A stretch of DNA of 27,831 bases from Bilabrum cf. latius (GCA_965178125.1 OZ237746.1:1302001-1329831); one strand, 5' to 3'; positions 11,344-22,708 are shown, counted from the first letter of the stretch. Notes: generated from the sequence alone by a model not told the origin. A program made the numbers and translations.

Positions 11344-11876
11344 TATCTAATATAAAGTCAGGGACAGGGTCGGGGAAAAAATATTTTCATCTTCATTTTT
11401 TTGTCGAAAATGTGCCCTCTGCGATCTCAGCAACTAGAATAGGTATGAAGATGATTCAAACTGTTTTGGGACGGCCTAGGGCCATATCATGGGGCAAATG
11501 TTCCCCAGGTTCCGTTTTGACCGAGCGGCGACGATACTGGCTGATGAAGATTTACATGCCGAAAATGTGCCCTCTGCGATCTCAGCAACTAGAATAGGTA
11601 TGAAGATGATTCAAACTGTTTTGGGACGGCCTAGGGCCATATCATGGGGCAAATGTTCCCCAGGTTCCGTTTTGACCGCGCGGCGACGATACTGGCTGAT
11701 GAAGATTTACATGCCGAAAATGTGCCCTCTGCGATCTCAGCAACTAGAATAGCCGTCCCCGTGAAATCTCCCAGAAATTTCTGGATTCCGGGTCCACATT
11801 TGCGACCCAACGACACTCAGGGTCAAATATATCTAAAACAAATGAGTGGAATATAACTATAACCACTAAATAGATT
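11344..11876. mobile_element. Telomere-inserted element copy A2 (~2.2 units of 155-bp subfamily A, same tail as A1)
   Basis: Both ends are identical to A1. Confidence 0.75.
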
Positions 11877-13249
11877 TTAGGGTTAGGGTTAGGGTAGGGT
11901 TAGGGTTAGGGTTAGGGTTAGGGTTAGGGTTAGGGTTAGGGTTAGGGTTAGGGTTAGGGTTAGGGTTAGGGTTAGGGTTAGGGTTAGGGTTAGGGTTAGG
12001 GTTAGGGTTAGGGTTAGGGTTAGGGTTAGGGTTAGGGTTAGGGTTAGGGTTAGGGTTAGGGTTAGGGTTAGGGTTAGGGTTAGGGTTAGGGTTAGGGTTA
12101 GGGTTAGGGTTAGGGTTAGGGTTAGGGTTAGGGTTAGGGTTAGGGTTAGGGTTAGGGTTAGGGTTAGGGTTAGGGTTAGGGTTAGGGTTAGGGTTAGGGT
12201 TAGGGTTAGGGTTAGGGTTAGGGTTAGGGTTAGGGTTAGGGTTAGGGTTAGGGTTAGGGTTAGGGTTAGGGTTAGGGTTAGGGTTAGGGTTAGGGTTAGG
12301 GTTAGGGTTAGGGTTAGGGTTAGGGTTAGGGTTAGGGTTAGGGTTAGGGTTAGGGTTAGGGTTAGGGTTAGGGTTAGGGTTAGGGTTAGGGTTAGGGTTA
12401 GGGTTAGGGTTAGGGTTAGGGTTAGGGTTAGGGTTAGGGTTAGGGTTAGGGTTAGGGTTAGGGTTAGGGTTAGGGTTAGGGTTAGGGTTAGGGTTAGGGT
12501 TAGGGTTAGGGTTAGGGTTAGGGTTAGGGTTAGGGTTAGGGTTAGGGTTAGGGTTAGGGTTAGGGTTAGGGTTAGGGTTAGGGTTAGGGTTAGGGTTAGG
12601 GTTAGGGTTAGGGTTAGGGTTAGGGTTAGGGTTAGGGTTAGGGTTAGGGTTAGGGTTAGGGTTAGGGTTAGGGTTAGGGTTAGGGTTAGGGTTAGGGTTA
12701 GGGTTAGGGTTAGGGTTAGGGTTAGGGTTAGGGTTAGGGTTAGGGTTAGGGTTAGGGTTAGGGTTAGGGTTAGGGTTAGGGTTAGGGTTAGGGTTAGGGT
12801 TAGGGTTAGGGTTAGGGTTAGGGTTAGGGTTAGGGTTAGGGTTAGGGTTAGGGTTAGGGTTAGGGTTAGGGTTAGGGTTAGGGTTAGGGTTAGGGTTAGG
12901 GTTAGGGTTAGGGTTAGGGTTAGGGTTAGGGTTAGGGTTAGGGTTAGGGTTAGGGTTAGGGTTAGGGTTAGGGTTAGGGTTAGGGTTAGGGTTAGGGTTA
13001 GGGTTAGGGTTAGGGTTAGGGTTAGGGTTAGGGTTAGGGTTAGGGTTAGGGTTAGGGTTAGGGTTAGGGTTAGGGTTAGGGTTAGGGTTAGGGTTAGGGT
13101 TAGGGTTAGGGTTAGGGTTAGGGTTAGGGTTAGGGTTAGGGTTAGGGTTAGGGTTAGGGTTAGGGTTAGGGTTAGGGTTAGGGTTAGGGTTAGGGTTAGG
13201 GTTAGGGTTAGGGTTAGGGTTAGGGTTAGGGTTAGGGTTAGGGTTAGGG
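11877..13249 (+). repeat. Interstitial telomeric tract 4 (~1.37 kb)
   Basis: TTAGGG with a TAGGG variant at 11895. Confidence 0.97.
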
Positions 13250-13310
13250 TATCTATTATAAAGTCAGGGACAGGGTCGGGGAAAAATATTTTCATCTTCA
13301 CTTTTTGACA

Positions 13311-15117
13311 AAATCCTGCGGGATACGATCTCGGCAACCACAGGAGATATGAAGACCGTTCAAATTGCGTTGGGACGGCCTAGGGCCACATCATTGGCCA
13401 AATGTTCCTCAGGTTCCGCTTTTGACGCGCGGCGCCAATATTGGGCCTTGAAGATTTTCATGCTGAAATCCTGCGGGATACGATCTCGGCAACCACAGGA
13501 GATATGAAGACCGTTCAAATTGCGTTGGGACGGCCTAGGGCCACAACATTGGCCAAATGTTCCTCAGGTTCCGCTTTTGACGCGCGGCGCCAATATTGGG
13601 CCTTGAAGATTTTCATGCTGAAATCCTGCGGGATACGATCTCGGCAACCACAGGAGATATGAAGACCGTTCAAATTGCGTTGGGACGGCCTAGGGCCACA
13701 ACATTGGCCAAATGTTCCTCAGGTTCCGCTTTTGACGCGCGGCGCCAATATTGGGCCTTGAAGATTTTCATGCTGAAATCCTGCGGGATACGATCTCGGC
13801 AACCACAGGAGATATGAAGACCGTTAAAATTGCATTGGGACGGCCTAGAGCCACATCATTGGCCAAATGTTCCTCAGGTTCCGCTTTTGACGCGCGGCGC
13901 CAATATTGGGCCTTGAAGATTTTCATGCTGAAATCCTGCGGGATACGATCTCGGCAACCACAGGAGATATGAAGACCGTTCAAATTGCGTTGGGACGGCC
14001 TAGGGCCACATCATTGGCCAAATGTTCCTCAGGTTCCGCTTTTGACGCGCGGCGCCAATATTGGGCCTTGAAGATTTTCATGCTGAAATCCTGCGGGATA
14101 CGATCTCGGCAACCACAGGAGATATGAAGACCGTTCAAATTGCGTTGGGACGGCCTAGAGCCACATCATTGGCCAAATGTTCCTCAGGTTCCGCTTTTGA
14201 CGCGCGGCGCCAATATTGGGCCTTGAAGATTTTCATGCTGAAATCCTGCGGGATACGATCTCGGCAACCACAGGAGATATGAAGACCGTTCAAATTGCGT
14301 TGGGACGGCCTAGGGCCACATCATTGGCCAAATGTTCCTCAGGTTCCGCTTTTGACGCGCGGCGCCAATATTGGGCCTTGAAGATTTTCATGCTGAAATC
14401 CTGCGGGATACGATCTCGGCAACCACAGGAGATATGAAGACCGTTCAAATTGCGTTGGGACGGCCTAGAGCCACATCATTGGCCAAATGTTCCTCAGGTT
14501 CCGCTTTTGACGCGCGGCGCCAATATTGGGCCTTGAAGATTTTCATGCTGAAATCCTGCGGGATACGATCTCGGCAACCACAGGAGATATGAAGACCGTT
14601 CAAATTGCGTTGGGACGGCCTAGGGCCACAACATTGGCCAAATGTTCCTCAGGTTCCGCTTTTGACGCGCAGCGCCAATATTGGGCCTTGAAGATTTTCA
14701 TGCTGAAATCCTGCGGGATACGATCTCGGCAACCACAGGAGATATGAAGACCGTTCAAATTGCGTTGGGACGGCCTAGGGCCACATCATTGGCCAAATGT
14801 TCCTCAGGTTCCGCTTTTGACGCGCGGCGCCAATATTGGGCCTTGAAGATTTTCATGCTGAAATCCTGCGGGATACGATCTCGGCAACCACAGGAGATAT
14901 GAAGACCGTTAAAATTGCATTGGGACGGCCTAGGGCCACATCATTGGCCAAATGTTCCTCAGGTTCCGCTTTTGACGCACGGCGCCAATATTGGGCCTTG
15001 AAGATTTTCATGCTGAAATCCTGCGGGATACGATCTCGGCAACCACAGGAGATATGAAGACCGTTCAAATTGCGTTGGGACGGCCTAGGGCCACAACATT
15101 GGCCAAATGTTCCTCAG
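13311..15117. repeat. 155-bp satellite subfamily B, ~11.7 units
   Basis: Period 155. Shares TTGGGACGGCCTAGG, CAAATGTTCC.CAGGTTCCG and CGCGCGGCG with subfamilies A and C. Confidence 0.95.
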
Positions 15118-15154
15118 ATTCATTGTACTTCATTCAGTGCAAGTATGGCGTATT

Positions 15155-17432
15155 GAAACCTACTCGGGGGAGGTTTCAAAACCTACCCAGGGCGGTTTCA
15201 AAACCTACCCAGGGCGGTTTCAAAACCTACCCAGGGCGGTTTCAAAACCTACCCAGGGCGGTTTCAAAACCTACCCAGGGCGGTTTCAAAACCTACCCAG
15301 GGCGGTTTCAAAACCTACCCAGGGCGGTTTCAAAACCTACCCAGGGCGGTTTCAAAACCTACCCAGGGCGGTTTCAAAACCTACCCAGGGCGGTTTCAAA
15401 ACCTACCCAGGGCGGTTTCAAAACCTACCCAGGGCGGTTTCAAAACCTACCCAGGGCGGTTTCAAAACCTACCCAGGGCGGTTTCAAAACCTACCCAGGG
15501 CGGTTTCAAAACCTACCCAGGGCGGTTTCAAAACCTACCCAGGGCGGTTTCAAAACCTACCCAGGGCGGTTTCAAAACCTACCCAGGGCGGTTTCAAAAC
15601 CTACCCAGGGCGGTTTCAAAACCTACCCAGGGCGGTTTCAAAACCTACCCAGGGCGGTTTCAAAACCTACCCAGGGCGGTTTCAAAACCTACCCAGGGCG
15701 GTTTCAAAACCTACCCAGGGCGGTTTCAAAACCTACCCAGGGCGGTTTCAAAACCTACCCAGGGCGGTTTCAAAACCTACCCAGGGCGGTTTCAAAACCT
15801 ACCCAGGGCGGTTTCAAAACCTACCCAGGGCGGTTTCAAAACCTACCCAGGGCGGTTTCAAAACCTACCCAGGGCGGTTTCAAAACCTACCCAGGGCGGT
15901 TTCAAAACCTACCCAGGGCGGTTTCAAAACCTACCCAGGGCGGTTTCAAAACCTACCCAGGGCGGTTTCAAAACCTACCCAGGGCGGTTTCAAAACCTAC
16001 CCAGGGCGGTTTCAAAACCTACCCAGGGCGGTTTCAAAACCTACCCAGGGCGGTTTCGAAACCTACCCAGGGCGGTTTCAAAACCTACCCAGGGCGGTTT
16101 CAAAACCTACCCAGGGCGGTTTCAAAACCTACCCAGGGCGGTTTCAAAACCTACCCAGGGCGGTTTCAAAACCTACCCAGGGCGGTTTCAAAACCTACCC
16201 AGGGCGGTTTCAAAACCTACCCAGGGCGGTTTCAAAACCTACCCAGGGCGGTTTCAAAACCTACCCAGGGCGGTTTCAAAACCTACCCAGGGCGGTTTCA
16301 AAACCTACCCAGGGCGGTTTCAAAACCTACCCAGGGCGGTTTCAAAACCTACCCAGGGCGGTTTCAAAACCTACCCAGGGCGGTTTCAAAACCTACCCAG
16401 GGCGGTTTCAAAACCTACCCAGGGCGGTTTCAAAACCTACCCAGGGCGGTTTCAAAACCTACCCAGGGCGGTTTCAAAACCTACCCAGGGCGGTTTCAAA
16501 ACCTACCCAGGGAGGTTTCAAAACCTACCCAGGGAGGTTTCAAAACCTACCCAGGGCGGTTTCAAAACCTACCCAGGGCGGTTTCAAAACCTACCCAGGG
16601 CGGTTTCAAAACCTACCCAGGGCGGTTTCAAAACCTACCCAGGGCGGTTTCAAAACCTACCCAGGGCGGTTTCAAAACCTACCCAGGGCGGTTTCAAAAC
16701 CTACCCAGGGCGGTTTCAAAACCTACCCAGGGCGGTTTCAAAACCTACCCAGGGCGGTTTCAAAACCTACCCAGGGCGGTTTCAAAACCTACCCAGGGCG
16801 GTTTCAAAACCTACCCAGGGAGGTTTCAAAACCTACCCAGGGCGGTTTCAAAACCTACCCAGGGCGGTTTCAAAACCTACCCAGGGCGGTTTCAAAACCT
16901 ACCCAGGGCGGTTTCAAAACCTACCCAGGGAGGTTTCAAAACCTACCCAGGGAGGTTTCAAAACCTACCCAGGGAGGTTTCAAAACCTACCCAGGGAGGT
17001 TTCAAAACCTACCCAGGGAGGTTTCAAAACCTACCCAGGGAGGTTTCAAAACCTACCCAGGGCGGTTTCAAAACCTACCCAGGGCGGTTTCAAAACCTAC
17101 CCAGGGCGGTTTCAAAACCTACCCAGGGCGGTTTCAAAACCTACCCAGGGCGGTTTCAAAACCTACCCAGGGCGGTTTCAAAACCTACCCAGGGCGGTTT
17201 CAAAACCTACCCAGGGCGGTTTCAAAACCTACCCAGGGAGGTTTCAAAACCTACCCAGGGCGGTTTCAAAACCTACCCAGGGAGGTTTCAAAACCTACCC
17301 AGGGAGGTTTCAAAACCTACCCAGGGAGGTTTCAAAACCTACCCAGGGAGGTTTCAAAACCTACCCAGGGAGGTTTCAAAACCTACCCAGGGAGGTTTCA
17401 AAACCTACCCAGGGAGGTTTGAAACCTACCCT
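15155..17432. repeat. 22-bp minisatellite (GGTTTCAAAACCTACCCAGGG[C/A]), ~100 units
   Basis: Direct tandem array without spacers. Confidence 0.97.
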
Positions 17433-17697
17433 AGGTGTGGGTTTGGGAATCCAGTGGTTATTGACCGATATTCAATGTTGTGGCTCGTTCTACGTAGCCA
17501 TATGTATGCGTTAACCTCCTTGGTCGATACATCGCTTTGACATCAGGTATTCGTTGGCTTATAGTCAAGACTAAATAGATTGCGTCCTGGCTCCTACTAT
17601 CCCGTCCTAACGGGTCACTGGCTGGCACTCTGGCAAGCTCCTCTCACAAGCTGGCCCAGCTGCCACTGACCTCAATTGGTATCCGCCTGGCTGCTTT

Positions 17698-19233
17698 TCA
17701 CTCGTTATCGGAGGAGGGTTCCGCATCGACAGCTGCCAGGAGCGCCTCAACAGCGTCCACGTCTGCTGCATTGAGATCTCCTTCCGCCGTCTTCTCGAGG
17801 GCCGTCATCAGGCCTACGAGCGTGCCCAACCCGTCGTCCCTCTCTTGAATTGTTTCCTGCACGTCCTCGAGCATGTCGTCGAGAGTTCGGCTGACGCCCA
17901 GCGCTATGTCATCGCAGGCAGCGAGGATGCGGTCCACCAGGTGCCGCTGCTAGTCGGTGAAGCCGTTGTCATCCACTCCACCGTCGTTCTCAGAGTCGTC
18001 TTGCTGGTTCTGGGCCTCGTTCTCTTCTTCCTCATCCAGCTCGTCCTGATCCTCCTCGTCCTGCTGCACGAGTTCTATCGGAGCCTCATCCTCGTCCTCT
18101 TCATCGGCTGCGTCTGCGTGGTATCGATCACCGATCTCCTCTTCATCCTCCTCAGAGTCCTGTCGAGGCAGTGATGCTGCTGCTCCACTCCTTGCGCCTC
18201 TTGCTCCCCTCTTGTCCTGGCCAACGGCGTGGCGAGCTCCTCCGCCATAGCCCGGTTGGAGAATGGGCGATCGCTTGTGCTGTATCTTAGCCCGAGGTGC
18301 CGCTTCAGTCGCCTTCCTGCGCTCCGGTTCTGCCGGTTGCGCACCTTCATCCCTCGGCTTTCCCTTTGACTTTCCCTTTGACTTGCCCGCGGCCTTGGTC
18401 CTGGCCTTCAATTTGGCCTTTGCCTTTTCCCTGGCCTTGGCCTCCGCTCTCCGCTTGGGGCCGAGTAGGTCGTTGTTCAGTCGCTCGGTCTATGAGTCGC
18501 TGGACTCTGAGCCGTCTGAATCTTGCTCGCCTCGTTTCCTCTGGGCCTTGTAGGCACTGTGGTCCGCGACACCGTCGTCGGGGTCGTCCTCGTCGTCGTC
18601 GACCATGGCACTCCGTTTGTCCTTGCCAGCACGGGGTGCTCCACTCGGCGAAGCAGCAGCGGCTCCCGCAGAAGCATCTTGGTCCCCTGCGGCTGCCGCG
18701 GCAGAGTCCTTGACTGCCATGTCAAACACGTCTTGGAACACAGCCTGCATGCCTCCACGCGCACGCACAGAGGCTTTCCCAGCTCCGTAGTCGCAGACGA
18801 ACTTGATCGCGGTCTTGTAGTTCCTCCGCAAGCCATCCATGCCTGCCTTGAACCAAGGATTGTGGCTGGTAGAGTAGCCGCTGTCGCGCAGGCCCATGAG
18901 CATCTAATTCATCTTGCGGTAGCCTGGCGAGCTGGTGCCGCTAGTTGATGCAGCCGGATATAGGCGGTGACTCAGCACCTTCAGCATGTCAGGCGGCAGA
19001 TCGGACTCATTCAGGTCCAGCATGGCATCCACGCAGGCTTTGATGCCCTCTTTCTTGGTCCCCTAGTAGTGCTCGGTAGACCCGCAGAGTAACCCGCAAT
19101 CTTGGTGGAGGCCCACGAGGGAGATCAGCAGGACTTGCTTGGCAGCAGACGTGCTGACGCCTGAAGCCAGGGCAGCCACGACGGGGCGGGAGGCCTTGGT
19201 GTGCTTGACGCTGTAGCTCTTTGCGGCGGCCAT
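17698..19233 (-). CDS. Element ORF1, 511-aa hypothetical protein with Lys/Ala-rich and Asp/Glu-rich tracts; TAG=Gln
   Basis: ATG at 19233 (MAAAKSYSVK), in-frame TAGs at 19063, 18904, 18490 and 17950, TGA at 17698. The frame is preserved in diverged copies C1 and C2. Confidence 0.75.
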
Positions 19234-19442
19234 AGTACTCTGCGGTGCTGGGGGAACACGGGTAAGGCCACGAACAGGCGCTTGGATGCGGCAGCGAACA
19301 CGGACATGAGACCCAGGGAGTCTCCAGGGCAAGCTCGAGGGCAAAGAAAAAGAAGGCCACGACCCCGCGCACTCGGTCTCAGACCCGGGACCCATGATGT
19401 TAGGTCGATCCCCCAGTCGTGGGGGGGCGGACCCCAGCCCAG

Positions 19443-19457
19443 AAAAAAATTAAAAAA
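19443..19457 (-). terminator. Putative Pol III terminator (TTTTTTAATTTTTTT)
   Basis: T runs start 3 nt after the tRNA-like sequence. Confidence 0.55.
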
Positions 19458-19460
19458 GAT

Positions 19461-19540
19461 CGCCCCAACGGGAATCGAACCTCGGGGGTAGGCCTGGGTG
19501 CGATTACCAACCGTACGCAATACCACTACACCACCACAGC
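19461..19540 (-). ncRNA. tRNA-like or pseudo-tRNA Pol III unit (nominal anticodon GGT)
   Basis: A box TGGTGTAGTGG, B box GGTTCGATTCC, 7-nt loop TTGGTAA and downstream T6/T7 runs. Acceptor and T stems pair poorly. Confidence 0.6.
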
Positions 19541-20114
19541 AACCCACGCGAAACCGAAAAAAAAATACAGATTCGCATCAAAAGTGCACGCAACTTGCAC
19601 TTGTCACGCCGAAACCTACCCGTTCACCCAACGAGCAGCGCGAAATCAGAAACACTCATATTGCGCTCCTTGTATTCAATTGCAGAGGCGCATACTTGGC
19701 ATATAGCTACTATAGCATATTGTGCATACAACCCTAAAGCAAACGTGAGTCAAATCGATGGGGTATGCGTGGGGATTGCCTTGCGCAATGCGCTTGCTGC
19801 AACGTGGTTCAGACGTTTGGCTCAATTGCGCGACGGCAAGCACTCGTTGGAACTAATCTCGCGCATATTATCAAATAATATAACATACTGCAAACAATTG
19901 CGCGGCGATATATAGGCTGCGCGCCCAATGCTCACTTTGCTTGCGGCAGGTGTGCTGCGACAACATTTGTGGTGGCCCGGATCAGGTTGCGGAACCTGAT
20001 GCGCGGCACCGCCGTGACGAGTGCGCCACCAGGGAACAACGCATCGTACCATCATACTAATCACATCCCAAGTATATTATATATCCTTGTGGCATCTCTG
20101 TCCGCAGTCTGGTC

Positions 20115-22370
20115 ATGGCGCAGTCCACGTACGACGCCACCAAGCATGTGAAGGCTCTCGACTACCTTCGGGCCTTCCTGGACCGCCGCGCGAAGGGCTA
20201 CGCTCAGAACCCGCATCGCGTGCGCATCGGAGTCCCAGGGCCACTTCAACCAGGAGGTGCCGCCCTGCCTGGCCCGCCGGCCGGCGAGGCGCAGGCCCAG
20301 ATCCCGGCCCAGGTGGGGCCAGCGCCAGGCGGCCATGCCGCCGGGGGGGGCGATGCGGCAGGCCTGCCGGCCCCCGCCCCAGCCATCGGCGAGCATGCTC
20401 CGGAGCCCCAGCACCAGCAGCAAGAGGGCGCCCACCAACCACCACCTGGTGCAGCTCTTGCTGCTGGCCAGCAGGCGATGGCCGCCGCCCCGCCCCAGCA
20501 CCCCGCTGGTCCGGGTGCCAACCTGCCGGTCCCAGGAGGCTTGCAGCCCGAGCCGCCAGCTGGCGATGCCGACGCCTTCCTCCCGATCCCGGAGCCCCAG
20601 CAGGAGCCTGCAGGTGGGCCAGCCGGCGTCGGTCCGGCCCCTCCAGCAGCCGAGCAGCAGCCAGCTGCCCAGGCTGCCCAGCACCAACTCGTCCCTGGGC
20701 CCGTGCCTCTCGCCGAGGTGCCCGTCCTGGCCGGGGTCGGCGCAGGGGAGGACGCGATGGAGGACGACGAGCCCCCAGAAGCGGTCCAGGCCATCTTCCT
20801 CGGGCGCCAAGCCGCCCACGCGGCCACCCAGGCAGCTCGGCAGGCCATGGTCTGGGATGCTCAGGGCCAGCAGCCGCTCTTCGGGGCAGAGGGAGGAGCG
20901 CCCGAGCTGCCCATCCCCGGAGTCGTGTTCGCTGCCGGTGCAGAGGCAGCCGGCGCCCAAGGCGGTGGCGCAGGCCCAGACGCCGGAGGGGAGGTCGGTG
21001 CGCCACCCGTGCAGGCGTGGAACCTGGTCGTCGGCGACCCGGGGGGAGCGCAGGGAGAGGAGGCCCTGGCCGTCAACCTCCCGCCCGAGTACCGGTTCGG
21101 CATGCACGAGGCGACGGACGACCTCGCGCAGCACCCCATGCTGGCCTACCACATATGGGAGGTGGACGACGAGGCGGTGCAGGCCCTGCAGGGCCTGCTG
21201 ACCTGCGTTGGCAGGCAGGAGCTGCCTCCCGAGGTGTGGAGGGCGCTCGCACCTCCAGTGATGGAGACGGTGACCATGCAAGGCATGCGGCGCTGGTGGG
21301 CGTACCAGAGGCGCGCCGTTGTCGTCGTGGACAGCCTCCTGCATGCCGAGACTGATGCTGCCGGCGTGGAGCAGCGCGCGCAGAGGCGCGGCCGCTTTCT
21401 CGTGCAGCTCGTTGGCTGGACTGACATCACCAAGATGCTGGAGAGCGAAGACCTGAACGAGGAAGGGGCTGCCTTCATTCGGAGCAAGCTGGCTTCGGTG
21501 GCGGTCAGCTTCTGGCCGTCTCCGATGCTGGCGGAGCCCGGGCTGCACAGCCACAAGCTCTCTCCGCTCCGCACGGAGTGGGATCACTACATCGAGTACA
21601 ACCGCGTGGACGAGACGGTCTTTGACGCGGTCGGGCTCTCCGAGCAGCCTCCAGCGTTCGTGTACGAGGACGAGGACGAGGACGAGATGGAGGAGGGGCC
21701 GGCGGCGCAGCCGGCTGGGGCGGAGGAGCATGCAGAGGGCGACGAAGATGCCGGGTATGAGGCTGGAGAAGGCGAGTGGGGTGGGGAAGGCCAGTGGGAC
21801 TCGGACGGAGACCAAGGCGGCGACGAGGAAGCGGATGGTGGAGATCCTGCCGCGGGGGCTTTCGGAGCTGCGGATGCCGAGCTGGAAGGCGAGCCTGAAG
21901 AGGAGCAGGAGGCCGCCCCGGATGTGCTGCGGAACCCACCAGACGGCATGGCGGCCCCCGTGGCGGTCCGCTCTGAGCTCTCCGATGTCGACGCCATGGA
22001 GGTGGTCGGGATCCTAGCCGGCGCCGGAGCCTCCCAGGAGGTGCAGACCAGCCCGTTCATGCTGGTGCTTGGGGGGCCGGTGTCACGGCTCCTGCTGGAC
22101 GAGCCGCTGGACCAAGCCTACGGCCTCATCGACGTGCTGATTGGAGCCGACTCGGCGACGCAGGATGGGGTCCTCTGCGGGCGCAGGGGTCTGCAGAGGG
22201 ACGGGGGGCAGATCAGGGTGCAGTCGGCCACGCAGCAGCACCAGCGCACCGAGGTGGAGACGAGCGGCTCATCCAGGCCCCGGCTCGGCTACAGCATCGT
22301 CTTCAACCGGCACATCCCCACGTAGGAGCGGGACAATCCCGGCACGCCGAGGACTCACGGCGCGTACTAC
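20115..22370 (+). CDS. Element ORF2, >750-aa hypothetical protein (P/A/Q/G-rich N-terminus, globular core, acidic tract), truncated by telomere
   Basis: 736-codon GC-rich ORF. TAG at 22323 reads through to ERDNPGTPRTHGAYY and then TTAGGG. A TATATTATATAT stretch lies ~30-40 nt upstream of the ATG. Confidence 0.75.
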
Positions 22371-22647
22371 TTAGGGTTAGGGTTAGGGTTAGGGGTTAGG
22401 GTTAGGGTTAGGGTTAGGGTTAGGGTTAGGGTTAGGGTTAGGGTTAGGGTTAGGGTTAGGGTTAGGGTTAGGGTTAGGGTTAGGGTTAGGGTTAGGGTTA
22501 GGGTTAGGGTTAGGGTTAGGGTTAGGGTTAGGGTTAGGGTTAGGGTTAGGGTTAGGGTTAGGGTTAGGGTTAGGGTTAGGGTTAGGGTTAGGGTTAGGGT
22601 TAGGGTTAGGGTTAGGGTTAGGGTTAGGGTTAGGGTTAGGGTTAGGG
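22371..22647 (+). repeat. Interstitial telomeric tract 5
   Basis: TTAGGG with one TTAGGGG variant near 22389. Confidence 0.97.
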
Positions 22648-22708
22648 TATCTAATATAAAGTCAGGGACAGGGTCGGGGAAAAAATATTTTCATCTTCAC
22701 TTTTTGTC

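Larger units (their letters stand above)
13250..22370. mobile_element. Longest telomere-inserted element, copy B (9.1 kb, distally truncated)
   Basis: Conserved terminus (TATCTATTATAAAGTCAGGG...), 155-bp and 22-bp arrays, two divergent ORFs and a tRNA-like unit. ORF2 runs directly into TTAGGG. Confidence 0.78.

Noticed and set aside
8892-13337. RV/LT/LG dipeptide ORFs and repeated 73-92 aa ORFs
   Set aside because: Artefacts of TTAGGG and 155-bp repeats. 155 is not a multiple of 3.
9449-17432. CRISPR arrays
   Set aside because: No unique spacers, no cas genes, and a eukaryotic context.
14991-17540. 849-aa and 771-aa ORFs
   Set aside because: Translations of a stop-free 22-bp minisatellite, with the same peptide in several frames.
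19461-19540. Functional tRNA-Thr(GGT) or amber-decoding tRNA
   Set aside because: Acceptor and T stems are poorly paired, and there is no CTA in the anticodon loop.
20021-22060. Overlapping alternative-frame and antisense ORFs (444, 584, 314 and 297 aa)
   Set aside because: Shadow ORFs of GC-rich ORF2 with Arg/Pro-rich or mirror composition.
13250-22370. Assignment to a named class (LINE, PLE, Polinton, Helitron, endogenous virus)
   Set aside because: No RT, endonuclease, integrase, Rep/helicase or capsid motifs, and no TIRs, LTRs or poly(A) tail are visible.
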